64,000 nucleotides of DNA from an uncultured delta proteobacterium (GCA_963845145.1 CAWJQU010000002.1:128001-192000); one strand, 5' to 3'; shown: positions 39,326 to 50,265, numbered from the stretch's first letter. A program made the numbers and translations. Notes: a model not told the origin generated them from the sequence alone.

Positions 39326-40774
39326 TTATTCCATGATTTCTATTTTTAGTTTTCCCAAAACAGCACCGATGCGCAACTGGCCTTCCAAATCCCCATGTAC
39401 CAGACGAATATGGGTTAAATCCGCCGGAATCTGATTTTTAGTCGTATCCAGGCTCAGCCACCGGCCGTCAATGCAGACCTCATTCCAGGCGTGGTAGTAA
39501 AACCGTCCTTGATGAAGCGTTACGCCGGCGGCAATGCGGGTGGGAATTCCCCGGCTGCGGGCCAGGGCGGCAAATAAAGCGGCATGCTCATTACAATCAC
39601 CCTTGCGGTTTTTCAGGGTCGACAAAGCGTCGGGCAGGCCGATTACCGGCCGTTTGTCGATATTGTCATATACCCAAGCCGCCAGAGCCCCAACGATTTC
39701 AATCGTATGTGGGCTATTAAGACCGATCCGACGCCCCTGGTCCACGATATCCTCATGATCGGCCTGAACATAACGGCTCGATGCGACCGCCTCAGGATTA
39801 TCGCAATCAACATTACCGGACGAGCCGGGGGTTGCTTCCGACATGTCTTCGCGTGAGACGCGCAGCACACCGTTCTCGAAATGCTGCCGCCCCCCATTCA
39901 AATCGAGGGACACATCCGCCGGAACGTCCAAACGGTAATCGATTTTTTCCGGTGTCTCTTCGGCCGGCAGTCGGCCCGCATACGGCACGGCGACGGCACG
40001 GAGCAATTCCTGGCCGCCCTCTTCGATATCCGTCGCTTTGAACTCCGGTTCGGCTAAAAACACGAATCCGGCCGGGGATTCCTCTTTAATCACTTTCCCT
40101 TTGTCGTCTAACCAGAAATTAACCCGAACGCCTGAAAACCGGGATTCAAAGTGGTGCAGGCGATAGATCTTTTTATTGATCAACAGTTTTTCCTTGCCCA
40201 TGTAGGTCACCAGGTTTTCCCGGCTGCTAAGGGTCAATGGATCAAAATAAGGTATCTTAATCTTTTGCCCCGGCTCGGGGGCCGGGTTCAACAGATAATC
40301 CCGTTGATTGGTGCTGATAAAAGGGGCATCCGCCAAAGGAATGGTTTCCTTGCGCGCATCACCACCGGTGTCCGTTAATAGATGCAGGGTATTGCCCTCA
40401 ACTGTCCCTTTTGAATCCATGGAATAAAAAGGAGATCGAAAAGTAAAGGAAAAAGTCTGTAACTGCTGCCGGGGGTCGAGATCGGCGGTTAAGTGCATGT
40501 CTATCTGGCGGGTTTGGTTAAGTACATTGAGGCGCAACAACGCCCGCTGGACCAATGTATACGCGCCCTCCCCTTTGGGTTGAATCCGATTTTCAACATA
40601 TCCGATCCGCTGGTCCTTAAACCAGACACCATAAAAACTTTCTTCTCTAGCCTTGGCCAGTGCCGAGGAGACATCGGTGTCGAGGGTTGGGATGAATACA
40701 TTGCGGGCGACCAGAAAAGATAAAAGGCCGATCCAGACAAGGACAACAACGAGGCGTAATTTCATAGTAATCAA
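39326..40774 (-). CDS. Membrane-anchored transglutaminase-like domain protein
   Basis: N-terminal TM; GDCNEHA, YYHAWNEV and LDTT catalytic triad motifs. Confidence 0.87.
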   Translation of the reverse strand: MITMKLRLVVVLVWIGLLSFLVARNVFIPTLDTDVSSALAKAREESFYGVWFKDQRIGYVENRIQPKGEGAYTLVQRALLRLNVLNQTRQIDMHLTADLDPRQQLQTFSFTFRSPFYSMDSKGTVEGNTLHLLTDTGGDARKETIPLADAPFISTNQRDYLLNPAPEPGQKIKIPYFDPLTLSSRENLVTYMGKEKLLINKKIYRLHHFESRFSGVRVNFWLDDKGKVIKEESPAGFVFLAEPEFKATDIEEGGQELLRAVAVPYAGRLPAEETPEKIDYRLDVPADVSLDLNGGRQHFENGVLRVSREDMSEATPGSSGNVDCDNPEAVASSRYVQADHEDIVDQGRRIGLNSPHTIEIVGALAAWVYDNIDKRPVIGLPDALSTLKNRKGDCNEHAALFAALARSRGIPTRIAAGVTLHQGRFYYHAWNEVCIDGRWLSLDTTKNQIPADLTHIRLVHGDLEGQLRIGAVLGKLKIEIME

Positions 40775-40799
40775 TAAACCTTAACACCTGTCGCAGGCA

Positions 40800-41828
40800 T
40801 CAAAACCATAATAGAATAACCGCCGCCAAGATAACAACAATGATCGACCACAGGGCCAGCGCCTTACGGGTCGCTTTTTTTGCCTTGTTGGCTTCCCACC
40901 AGGTCCGGGGCGAAACCCCCTGTATAAAAAAGGTGACCACTCCGGCAAAATTAATGCAAATAATGTTGGTCGCAAAGAGCAAAAAGGCCGACAGGGAATG
41001 GGCGGTATAGCCCGCCCCCAACAGCAGACCGCAAACGGTTAAAGGCGGCAACAGGGCGACCGCCACCATCACACCGATTAAAGCCGAGGAAAAACCCGTT
41101 GTAAAGGCAAGCACCCCGGCGGCCCCGGAAGCAATTGCCAGGATAAGATCCGAAAGGTCGATTCGTGTCCGGCCGGCAATTTCGGGCGTACCGGGATCGG
41201 TGCCCAGGATAAACCCCATGCCCACGGATAGTAAAAGGACGATCAAAATCCCAATAAGAAGGGTTCGCACCGCGCCAAATCCCAACTTGGCATCCGCTAG
41301 GGTTGTGGAAAGTGCCAGAGCCACATTGGGTCCAAGAAAAGGCGCAATCACCATGGCACCGATGATCACGGCAACATTGCTTTTTAACAAGCCAATGGCC
41401 GCCACAACCGTGGATAAAATCGTTAGCGCAATGTAGACGGAGGTCAACTCAGAGCTGTCGACGATATCTGCGTAAAGCTCTTCCCGGCTGATCCTTTTTG
41501 AGCCGATGCGGGCATTGGTGGTCGGTTTGTCTCTCTTTTTTTTGGGGTCCGGCGCCGTCTCGGGCTCAGCTGCCGGTGGTTCCAAACGCGGCACCGTTGC
41601 CTCAATCGTTAGGAGCACCAGCCGAAACCCTTCAACGTGCGAAAACGTCTTCTCAAATAGATCCATGACGGTTTCGCTTAAACCGGAATCCATCACAACA
41701 CTGGCCACAAATGACCCCTGGGCCGATTCTTCCTGCCAATAAGTCACCCCGTCCTGATCGCCCAAAAGCGTCAAGGCCTCGGTTCGATGGTTCACGGGTA
41801 AAATGATTTTTAGTAATCGTTGGGCCAC
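40800..41828 (-). CDS. TIGR00341/DUF389 family membrane protein
   Basis: AVIIGAMVIAPFLGP, GVMVAVALLPPL. Confidence 0.85.
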   Translation of the reverse strand: MAQRLLKIILPVNHRTEALTLLGDQDGVTYWQEESAQGSFVASVVMDSGLSETVMDLFEKTFSHVEGFRLVLLTIEATVPRLEPPAAEPETAPDPKKKRDKPTTNARIGSKRISREELYADIVDSSELTSVYIALTILSTVVAAIGLLKSNVAVIIGAMVIAPFLGPNVALALSTTLADAKLGFGAVRTLLIGILIVLLLSVGMGFILGTDPGTPEIAGRTRIDLSDLILAIASGAAGVLAFTTGFSSALIGVMVAVALLPPLTVCGLLLGAGYTAHSLSAFLLFATNIICINFAGVVTFFIQGVSPRTWWEANKAKKATRKALALWSIIVVILAAVILLWF

Positions 41829-42324
41829 GACAACAATCCATTAAAAAAATCGGTTAATTTAGTTCATAACATACTATCCTGACCATTGATTCCTCAAGCC
41901 TTAAATTGAACCCCAATATCTGGTCTATTTGGTCCATATCCATGCCCCTTCTAAAGCCCCCGAAAACCCTGCCGGGATGTTTTTTTACAAAGCTTGCATT
42001 TTACAAAGCCTACATTTAGATATTGGAGGTTTTGTTCTACCACTTCTATTTTTCCATCATTTTTAAAGATAGCGGCTTGACAATACAATCCTCCTCCACT
42101 ATCTGAGGTTTTAGTGTATGAGGTGGCTTGGACAGATTGCTATTTCATCGAACATACTATATATTGTTGTCCTGCTCGAGCAGGAGCACAATTCTATCAA
42201 CCAGGGCCTTTGGTTTGGCGGGGCCTTGATCGTGTCAGAAACATCCGGCACATCGATATCAATCTCGGCTGGCCGCACTCGGGAAGGTATCGGGGATGTT
42301 GCAACAATTCTAACAGGACGGATC

Positions 42325-42597
42325 ATGAAAGCGGAAAAAAGACGACGCAGACGTATAAAGGTTCCCGTGCCGGTTCTCGTGACCCACCACACCTTAGGTA
42401 GCGCTGAATTTGTCACCCTCGATATCAGCGATATCGGTTTATTTCTGAAAGCGCCATCGCATCAGTGCCCACCCATTGGCGACGAGATTACCCTACAGAT
42501 CAAAAGCGGCATTCTTGCTGACGGTGATGATCCTCAGCCGATCAGGGCACAAATTGTCCACGTTACGGAAAATGGCATGGGTGTCGAGTTTTTATAA
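42325..42597 (+). CDS. Single PilZ domain protein
   Basis: EKRRRRR (RxxxR) and DISDIG (DxSxxG) c-di-GMP motifs; GMGVEF. Confidence 0.82.
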   Translation: MKAEKRRRRRIKVPVPVLVTHHTLGSAEFVTLDISDIGLFLKAPSHQCPPIGDEITLQIKSGILADGDDPQPIRAQIVHVTENGMGVEFL

Positions 42598-42711
42598 ACT
42601 TGGGATCCACGGAAATGATATCCACATCGGAAATTTGTTAGACTGCTGGGCTCAGACAATCTGTTATGATGACGCATTGAATGAATTCAATAATTTAAGG
42701 AGCACAAAACA

Positions 42712-43638
42712 ATGAATAATCGATTGCGTACCACCTTCCTTTTGGCCGCTATGACGGTTTTTCTAGTGATTCTCGGTAACCTTCTGGGTGGGCGTCAGGG
42801 AATGATTATGGCATTGATCTTTGCCGCGGGAATGAATTTTTTCAGTTACTGGTTTTCCGATAAAATGGTTCTTAAAATGTATCGGGCCAGCGAAGCATCT
42901 GCAGCCGAGGCCCCCGAAATTTACAAGATCGTCCAGGAACTCACCCAGCGCGCTGGATTGCCCATGCCCAGGGTGTTCGTTATTCCCAAGGATGCACCCA
43001 ATGCCTTTGCTACCGGGAGAGACCCGGAACATGCCGTTGTGGCCGTCACCCAGGGGCTACTTAAAGTTATGGACAGAGACGAAATTACGGGCGTCCTGGC
43101 CCACGAACTGGCCCATGTTAAGAATCGGGACATTTTAATCGGCTCCATTGCCGCCACCCTGGCAGGGGCCATTATGATGATCGCCAACATGGGCCGTTTT
43201 GCGACCATGTTCGGTAATCGCGGCGGTGGCGGCCGGGGGGGTATGGGTGGTGCCGGTGCGCTGATCATGTCGATTCTGGCACCCTTCGGGGCCATGGTAA
43301 TCCAGATGGCTATCTCCCGCTCGAGGGAATACTTAGCCGATGCCACAGGCGCTCAATTCGCCGGAAAACCGGACGGATTGGCCCGGGCTTTGGAAAAACT
43401 GGGTGCCTATTCCCGACGGATCCCCATGGATGCCAGCCCCAGCACAGCCCATATGTTCATCGTCAACCCCCTTTCCGGTCGCAGCATGATGCGTTTGTTT
43501 TCCACCCATCCACCCCTGGAAGAGCGAATTGCGCGGCTACGGGGGATGCAGGGTGGATACCAGCCGCCCATGTCGTCCGATGACCATTCTGATGGGACCG
43601 ATCAGGCCCCCAGCGAGTGGGATCGGCTGTCGGGGTAA
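42712..43638 (+). CDS. htpX: Zinc metalloprotease HtpX
   Basis: PNAFATG, HELAH, SRSREYLAD, FSTHPP. Confidence 0.96.
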   Translation: MNNRLRTTFLLAAMTVFLVILGNLLGGRQGMIMALIFAAGMNFFSYWFSDKMVLKMYRASEASAAEAPEIYKIVQELTQRAGLPMPRVFVIPKDAPNAFATGRDPEHAVVAVTQGLLKVMDRDEITGVLAHELAHVKNRDILIGSIAATLAGAIMMIANMGRFATMFGNRGGGGRGGMGGAGALIMSILAPFGAMVIQMAISRSREYLADATGAQFAGKPDGLARALEKLGAYSRRIPMDASPSTAHMFIVNPLSGRSMMRLFSTHPPLEERIARLRGMQGGYQPPMSSDDHSDGTDQAPSEWDRLSG

Positions 43639-43641
43639 ACC

Positions 43642-44412
43642 GTGCCGCTAATTCCCGCTCAAACGCTGTTCGACCGTTTTGATCCCCAAACGATTATTTG
43701 GTGCAGCTTGGCGGGATTGCTGTTCGGCAGTATATTTTTGACGGTTTTTCTTTTTCGTCGTTTGCGCTGGTATCTGCGCCGGCTGGTTAAAACGACCCGA
43801 AAACCGCCGGGGATTATCGCCGGTTTAAGAAACCTCCTGGCCGTTCTTTTGCTTATTGGCGGAAGCGGTATGCTGTTGTTTCTGGGGCTATTTTTTCAAA
43901 CCTACCACCGGTTTACCTTCGAGAAACCCGTGGCGGAAATCGTCACCCAACCGATGGAAAAAAACACCGGCTCATCGCCACCGGTCACCCAGGTAAAGTA
44001 TCGCTCGCTGCAAAACGGACGCGACCGCTATTTTTTTGTCAATGGTGACCAGTGGATGATCGAAGGGGATATTCTCAAATGGCAGCCCTGGCTTACGCCG
44101 CTGGGGCTGGATACCCGATATCGCCTGACCCGGATCTCCGGCCGATACCTCGATATCAAAAAAGAACGGTCCGCACCCCGGTCCGTTTTTTCATTGGCAA
44201 ACAATTCGACCGCGACCACCGAACACCACCCGCTGTGGGGGTGGTTGTACCGCTCCGGGCATAAACTGCCCTTGGTGGACAGTGTTTACGGAAATGCTGC
44301 CTATCAAAATTTAACAGGCCCCAACCACTATCAGGTTTTCGTGGGACCATCGGGTTTTATCGTCCGCAAAAAGGAAAAGGGAGAAAACCTTGGCGTCAAA
44401 AATACCCCATAA
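43642..44412 (+). CDS. Hypothetical membrane protein
   Basis: Two TM segments; GDQWMIEGDILKW, YRLTRISGRY. Confidence 0.65.
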   Translation: MPLIPAQTLFDRFDPQTIIWCSLAGLLFGSIFLTVFLFRRLRWYLRRLVKTTRKPPGIIAGLRNLLAVLLLIGGSGMLLFLGLFFQTYHRFTFEKPVAEIVTQPMEKNTGSSPPVTQVKYRSLQNGRDRYFFVNGDQWMIEGDILKWQPWLTPLGLDTRYRLTRISGRYLDIKKERSAPRSVFSLANNSTATTEHHPLWGWLYRSGHKLPLVDSVYGNAAYQNLTGPNHYQVFVGPSGFIVRKKEKGENLGVKNTP

Positions 44413-44425
44413 TTCGAAAACCCCC

Positions 44426-44845
44426 ATGGACCCTGCCATCCGACGGGCTATCTTTAAGGCCGTTGAAACCGAGCCTTACGCCCAAGCCCTGAACATTGAA
44501 CTATTAGAATTGGAACGGGGCTATTCAAAAGTCGCCATGACCTATGATCCAATTAATATGGACAATATCTACAGCCGAGCCCACGGCGGGGCCATATTCG
44601 GCCTCATCGACGAAGCCTTTGAAACCGCCGGTCAGACCGATGGCACCATTGCTGTGGCCCTAAATGTCAACGTCACCTACGTCGCCAGCCCTGAGCCCGG
44701 AAACTACCTCACGGCTGAAGCCCACCGGATTAGCCAAACCCGTAAAACCGCCAGTTACGATATTCGCGTCACTACCGGTGAAGACCTTGTCGCCACCTGC
44801 CAGGCTCTGGCCTATCGAACCGGAAAGCCAATTCCGTTTTTATAA
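44426..44845 (+). CDS. PaaI-family hotdog thioesterase
   Basis: NIYSRAHGGAIFGLIDEA. Confidence 0.88.
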   Translation: MDPAIRRAIFKAVETEPYAQALNIELLELERGYSKVAMTYDPINMDNIYSRAHGGAIFGLIDEAFETAGQTDGTIAVALNVNVTYVASPEPGNYLTAEAHRISQTRKTASYDIRVTTGEDLVATCQALAYRTGKPIPFL

Positions 44846-44971
44846 TAAAAGGTTTGGTTGAGAGAACCAAGGCCGGCCTCTTGCCCATCTGTTCATGCCC
44901 GGCGGCCGGATTAAAGCCGTTCCATACAACCTCACCTCGGAAAGCATTGATCCATAAAAGGTCTTATGGGT

Positions 44972-45577
44972 TCAATCAGGTTTAAATTCTTCGATCATCT
45001 TACCCTTCTCAATATAGCTCGAAATATCATCTAACGCGTTTTTATAGGCCGCCATCACCGCTTTGAGATTGTTTACAATCGGGTCTACCCTGTTGAGTGC
45101 CTTTTCCGCTTTAGTCAATAAGGTTTTGCCTCTATTAAAATGATCTGAAATTTCAACCAATAGTTCTTTGCGTTTCTTATGGTTCTTACGTTCATTGGCG
45201 ATAATGGGCAATAGTTGTCGCACGGAATATTCCACCAGCGTATCCCTGGACGTATTATGGTTTTTGGAAATCTTATTTAAATAGGACAACGATCGGCGAT
45301 TGATGACAAAGGATTTCTGAACACGATCTTCTCGATTAAATTCCATGTTTGCCAGTTCATGGGCCATTTCTTTCAAGGTCTGAACATCTTCCAATAAATG
45401 GTCAAAAATCGATTTTTGTTTAATCCCCAGATGGGCCGAAAGAATACGGATTGTATCTATACACTCTTCCGAAAGCCGAAAGGTAGCCCGCACTGATTGA
45501 TGTCCCCTCAGGCCTCTTGTTGATGGCGTGGATACAAAATCTTTCTTGATTAACCTTTTTTCTTTTATGTTTTCCAT
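44972..45577 (-). CDS. Hypothetical protein with two ribbon-helix-helix-like segments
   Basis: VRATFRLS...LGIKQKSIFD and VQKSFVIN...HNTSRDTLVE. Confidence 0.55.
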   Translation of the reverse strand: MENIKEKRLIKKDFVSTPSTRGLRGHQSVRATFRLSEECIDTIRILSAHLGIKQKSIFDHLLEDVQTLKEMAHELANMEFNREDRVQKSFVINRRSLSYLNKISKNHNTSRDTLVEYSVRQLLPIIANERKNHKKRKELLVEISDHFNRGKTLLTKAEKALNRVDPIVNNLKAVMAAYKNALDDISSYIEKGKMIEEFKPD

Positions 45578-45668
45578 TACTTAACTCCCTTTTCAAAAGA
45601 CCGTTTTCGTATTACTCGAATATAAATAAATATTTTAAGTAATGCAACATTTTTTTATATTTTTTATC

Positions 45669-45696
45669 TTGACAACTAAATATTAATTTTTATCAT
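45669..45696 (+). promoter_or_regulatory. Putative sigma70 promoter of the hsp20 pair
   Basis: TTGACA, 16-nt spacer, TATCAT in an AT-rich intergenic region. Confidence 0.45.
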
Positions 45697-45781
45697 ATAT
45701 TCAAAATTGATTAATTTCATAAAGGTAAGTGGGTTTGTTTAGCCTGGAATCAAAAACCATTAATAAGATGGAGGTGCTAAA

Positions 45782-46240
45782 ATGATTTATCGCAGAATGT
45801 TTGAATTTCCTTCATTTAGACTCAAAAGTCCCTTTGAAGAGTTAGAGCGCATACGGCAACAATTGGACCGGTTATCTGAAACTGCCACGTCTCCTTATTC
45901 ATCCCCACAAGCCGGTGTATTTCCGCTGGTCAATCTAACCGAAGATAAGAACAACTATTATGTTCGGGCCGAATTACCGGGAGTGAAGGCAGATGGGCTC
46001 GATATTCAGGCCGCCGCCAAAAGTATCGCAATTTCGGGTGAAAGAAAGATCGAAGCTGAAGAAGAAGGGACGCGGTATCATCGAAAGGAACGCGAGGCGG
46101 GGAAATTTTCCAGAATGATCAGCCTTCCCGATGATGTCGACCCCGATAAAGTGGAAGCCAAACTGGTAGATGGTATCCTGACCATTGTGGTTTCCAAGGC
46201 GGAGGCTACCAAGCCGAAACAAATTACGGTAAAATCATAA
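45782..46240 (+). CDS. Hsp20 small heat shock protein
   Basis: FPLVNLTED, AELPGV, EREAGKFSR, LVDGIL. Confidence 0.95.
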   Translation: MIYRRMFEFPSFRLKSPFEELERIRQQLDRLSETATSPYSSPQAGVFPLVNLTEDKNNYYVRAELPGVKADGLDIQAAAKSIAISGERKIEAEEEGTRYHRKEREAGKFSRMISLPDDVDPDKVEAKLVDGILTIVVSKAEATKPKQITVKS

Positions 46241-46273
46241 GTAAAAAAACGGTGGCAAAGGAGGGACCTAACC

Positions 46274-46684
46274 ATGGCTGTCGAACAAAGCAAAGAACTC
46301 AAGGTAAGAGAAAAGCAGGAGGTAGCCACTCCGGCAGAACAGACCGTTCCGGGGTTGGTTTTTACGCCTGCAGTCGATATATTTGAAACGGAGAAAGAAA
46401 TCACGCTACTTGCCGATATGCCGGGAGTCAAAGCCGACGACCTGAACATTGACCTGCGCGACAACACCCTGACCCTGACGACGGGGGTAGTGCCGGCTAT
46501 GTTAGATAAAGAGGAAATCGTTTTACTGGAGTATGAAACCGGCAGATACTATCGCCAATTCACCCTTGGCGAGTTGGTTGACCAGGACGGCATTGATGCC
46601 AAACTGGCCGATGGTGTATTGCGATTGGCGCTACCCAAGGTAAAAAAGGCAACACCGAAAAAGATTGTCGTCAATGCCGGTTAA
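46274..46684 (+). CDS. Hsp20 small heat shock protein
   Basis: TPAVDIFET, ADMPGV, YYRQFTL, LADGVL. Confidence 0.95.
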   Translation: MAVEQSKELKVREKQEVATPAEQTVPGLVFTPAVDIFETEKEITLLADMPGVKADDLNIDLRDNTLTLTTGVVPAMLDKEEIVLLEYETGRYYRQFTLGELVDQDGIDAKLADGVLRLALPKVKKATPKKIVVNAG

Positions 46685-46836
46685 GCAAACCAAGGGGCCG
46701 GAAGCTATGAGCTGAAAAATGGTGCGGGGTTCCGGCTCCATTCCCCAATGATAATAACCGTTTCTATGCAAAATTGTTCAGCCATCCACATCATTTAAAT
46801 ATTCCCACTCGAAACTTTAAAATCGGGGCGATTCCG

Positions 46837-47153
46837 TTAGTTCATATTCACCCTCTTCTGAGTCCGTGTGAATCGGCCCCGATATTCCCTTGGTGACAAA
46901 CCGGTATATTTCTTAAACAGCCGCCGGAACGAGTTGCTGTCTTGTGTATCCCACTTGCCAGGTAATTTCATCCACCTTCTCCATAGTCGTTTCCAACTGC
47001 TGCTTGGCGACTTCTATGCGAATCCGTTGAAGATAGGTTATCGGTGAATCGCCTGTTGCACTTTTAAATCTGAGTATGAAATGGCGTGGGCTGATGCCAA
47101 GGTCTGATCGCTAACGCCTCTACAGAAATGTTTTCGGTGAATTTTTCCTCCAT
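46837..47153 (-). pseudogene. AraC/GlxA-type regulator remnant (HTH part only, two frameshifts)
   Basis: Manual translation: MEEKFTENISVEALA / DLGISPRHFILRFKSATGDSPITYLQRIRIEVAKQQLE...VGY / DSNSFRRLFKKYTGLSPREYR. Confidence 0.8.
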
Positions 47154-47228
47154 ATGTGCCTCTTTCCTTTTCTCGTATCAACAGATAAAGTAATTACATC
47201 ATCCCCCATATTTATAAGGAGGCAAAAA

Positions 47229-49478
47229 ATGGGAGAATGGCATAAAACAGGATGTGTGCTGTGCGCACAAAACTGCGGTCTTGAAATTCTGGTGGAAAAC
47301 GACCGCATGGTTAAAGTGAAACCGGATAAATCAAACCCGAGAAGCCAGGGTTATGCCTGCCGAAAGGGTCTGAATGTGATTCATCACCAGTATCCCAAAG
47401 ACCGAATCACCGAACCCTTAAAACGGGTGGGGGATAAATTCGAACCCATTTCCTGGGAACAGGCTATTGATGAAATCACCACAAAAATGAAAGGCCTGGT
47501 GGAAGAACATGGTCCGCGATCTCTTGCCTATATGGGTGCCAGCGCCCAGGGCGGACATTTTGAAGGGGCATTCGGCCTGTCGATCTTAAAAGCCATGGGC
47601 TCCCAGAATTTTTACAACTCCGGCGGCCAGGAATTTTCCAGCAGCTGGTGGCTGTTCGGACGCATGCTGGGCAAGCAGTATAATGTGGCTATTCCGGATG
47701 AGCATCATACTGAAATGCTTGTGGGTTGGGGTTGGAACGGCATGGAAAGCCACCAGATGCCCCGTGCGCCGAAAGTGCTGAAAGAATTTTCAAAAGATCC
47801 TGAAAAACTGCTTGTTATCATTGATCCGCGAAAAAGTGAAACCGCAAGCATCGCCAATATCCATCTCCCTGTCCGGCCCGGCACGGATGCCCTTTTAATT
47901 AAAGCCATGATTTCCATAATTATCGACAATCAATGGGAAAATAAAGAATACATTGCCGAACATGTTGAGGGCTGGGATACCATCCGCCCCTGGTTTGAAA
48001 ATTTTGATGCTAAAAGCAGCCATTGAGGTTTGCGAACTCGACTATGACCAGGTCCTTGAATTATGCCGTCTGATGACCACCAAAAGATGGTGCATGCATC
48101 CGGATCTTGGGATTTATATGGGACGAAAAAGCGTCATGAATTCCTATATGATGAATATTCTGGGCGCGATTTGCGGTGTTTTCTGCGTGCCCGGCGGCAA
48201 TGTTATTCCGGGAATGGTTGTACCCATGGGATATCATGCGGATGAACGGGATCCAAAAATCTGGAAAACGGTTATCACCAATATGCCGCCGGCATCTGCC
48301 GGGTCTTTTCCGCCGGCTGTCATGCCGGAAGAAATCTTAAATGATCACCCGGAACGGCTGCGCGCCGTTTATGTCAGTGCCTGCAATCCGTTGCGCGCAT
48401 ATCCGGACACCACGGCGTATGAAGAAGCATTTTCAAAACTGGATCTTCTGGTGGTCAATGATATTGTCATGAGTGAAACCGCCCGCCTGGCCCATTATGT
48501 GCTGCCCTGCCGAACATATTACGAATCCTGGGATGGGACGTTTTTTCCATGGACATTTCCCAAAGTCTTTTTCCAGATGCGTCGTCCCGATTGTTTCCCC
48601 GCCGGGAAAATGCCTGGAAGCATCCCAGATTTTCACCCTCATGGCGGACAAACTGGGACTGATCCCGGAAATTCCGGAAGAGGTTTATGAAGCGGCAAAA
48701 CAAGACCGTTTTACCTTTGGCGCAAAACTCATGGAGTGGGCCGCAACCGTACCCGAATCTCTTGCTGCCATGCCGTTTGTTCTGGCAAAAACCATTGGAA
48801 AAGAATGGGACAGCGCGGCACTGGCCGGTCTTTGGGGGGTTTTGATGACCGCTCCCAAGTCGTTTCGAAAAAATGCCGCCCGCATCGGATTTGAACCCGG
48901 CATGGACCAGGGCGACAGAATTTTCCAGGCGCTGTTGGATACCCCGGAAGGGATCTGGATCGGTGAAGTGGATCCGGAAGAAAATTTCAAGGCCATTAAA
49001 ACCCCGTCCGGTAAAATTGAAGTCTTTGTCCCGGAACTTGAAGAAGATGCAAAAAACCTGGATGCCGACAAGTGAAGCCAAAGACCTGAAACTGCCGGAT
49101 GAATTTCCATTGATCTTAAATGCCGGCCGCCATACGCGTTATAACATCAATACATTGATACGCGGCCAGGAATGGAACAAGGGCAAACGGGCCTGCACGG
49201 TTTCTGTAAATCCTGCGGATGCCGAGGCAATGGGTTTGACTGATGGCCAAAATGTAAAAGTAACCACCGAAGCCGGCAGTGAAGTGGGTGAACTTCAGGT
49301 ATCGGAACAGATCCGAAAAGGAACGGTACTGATTCCCCACGGATTTGGATTGATTTATGGCGGCACGGTTTACGGCTTAAATGTCAATAAACTGACCAAA
49401 AACACCCACCGGGATCCGCTGGGCACACCCATGCACCGGTTTATACCATGTCGGGTCGAGGATGAATCGGCGCCTTGA
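47229..49478 (+). pseudogene. Molybdopterin-dependent oxidoreductase split by three single-base insertions (or assembly errors)
   Basis: CVLCAQNCG...CRKG Fe-S motif, IIDPRKSETA, SETARLAHYVLP, NPADA C-terminal domain; frame changes near 48015, 48590 and 49070. Confidence 0.85.
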
Positions 49479-49692
49479 CCTGACCACCGAAATCAATGAC
49501 AAAAAATTAGTACCATTTTAGAATCGCCATAATCTGGCAATGTATCCTATATGGGATGGTCGAACGGGTGAAGGCATGGTTGCTTCGAGGCGCGTAACTG
49601 ATTCATAACGGTTAGGGCTATTGTCTGTCATTCTAAAGTCATTGGTTTGTCCCAATGGTTATCGAATCCCTGAGCCCATTCAAGAAGTAGGC

Positions 49693-49754
49693 TCCGAACA
49701 ACAAGTTCACTTGACGGGAACCCAACCCGGTCAATGTGAAACGACAGGTTCGAA
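49693..49754 (-). mobile_element. attC-like integron cassette recombination site
   Basis: Minus strand ttcgaac-ctgtcgt-ttcacattgac-cgggttgggttccc-gtcaagtgaa-cttgtt-gttcgga: AAC...GTT ends, paired inner boxes with a bulge, 2 nt after the brnA stop. Confidence 0.6.
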
Positions 49755-49756
49755 TA

Positions 49757-49987
49757 CTATGCGGCAGTGGATTTATTTAATCTTTCGGCAAGCCAAACCT
49801 TGATAATGGATTGCCGAGGGACGCCGAGGCGTTTCGCTTCTTTATCTAAAGATTGAATCATCCAAAGAGGAAAATCGACATTAACCCGTTTTTGCTCCTG
49901 GTTCGGCCGTCTTGCCTTTGAGAGATCCAGATGTTCTTTGATACTTTTCCCTTCATTAAATTTTTTATCTAATTCTTTAGCTTTCAT
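49757..49987 (-). CDS. brnA: BrnA/CopG-family antitoxin
   Basis: KRVNVDFP...LDKEAKRLGVPRQSIIKVWLAERL; overlaps brnT. Confidence 0.88.
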   Translation of the reverse strand: MKAKELDKKFNEGKSIKEHLDLSKARRPNQEQKRVNVDFPLWMIQSLDKEAKRLGVPRQSIIKVWLAERLNKSTAA

Positions 49988-50237
49988 AAAGTTCAATCTC
50001 CTCATTTCGGGCACGCCGTATTGAGATAATTCGAATGCTATCATTGCGATATGTAATGATCCCAGTCCAGTGCTTTTCGCCTATCTTGCCAATGACTAAA
50101 AACCTTAATTCATCGGTTGTTTTTGCTGGTATCTCTAAATAATCAAAATCATTCCAAAGCTCCTGCGCCTCAATAAAATTGAGACCATGTTTGGCTTTGT
50201 TAGTATCCGATTTTTTGGGATCAAATTCAAATTTCAT
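49977..50237 (-). CDS. brnT: BrnT-family ribonuclease toxin
   Basis: FEFDPKKSDTNKAKHGLNF, IRIISIRRAR. Confidence 0.92.
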   Translation of the reverse strand: MKFEFDPKKSDTNKAKHGLNFIEAQELWNDFDYLEIPAKTTDELRFLVIGKIGEKHWTGIITYRNDSIRIISIRRARNEEIELYES

Positions 50238-50265
50238 GGTATATTAAATATACCTATTGTGTATA

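Noticed and set aside
41983..42014. 16-bp direct repeat (ttttacaaagc) as a regulator site
   Set aside because: Only two copies; could be a chance duplication
42118..42324. N-terminal extension of the PilZ ORF
   Set aside because: AGGA RBS and domain start point to ATG 42325; the upstream part is unrecognisable
49060..49085. Selenocysteine TGA in the oxidoreductase
   Set aside because: The protein continues in a different frame, so this is a frameshift, and it is not at an active-site position
49600..49665. Second attC downstream of the brnTA cassette (ataac...gttat on the minus strand)
   Set aside because: Inner arms pair poorly; cannot be supported without a covariance model
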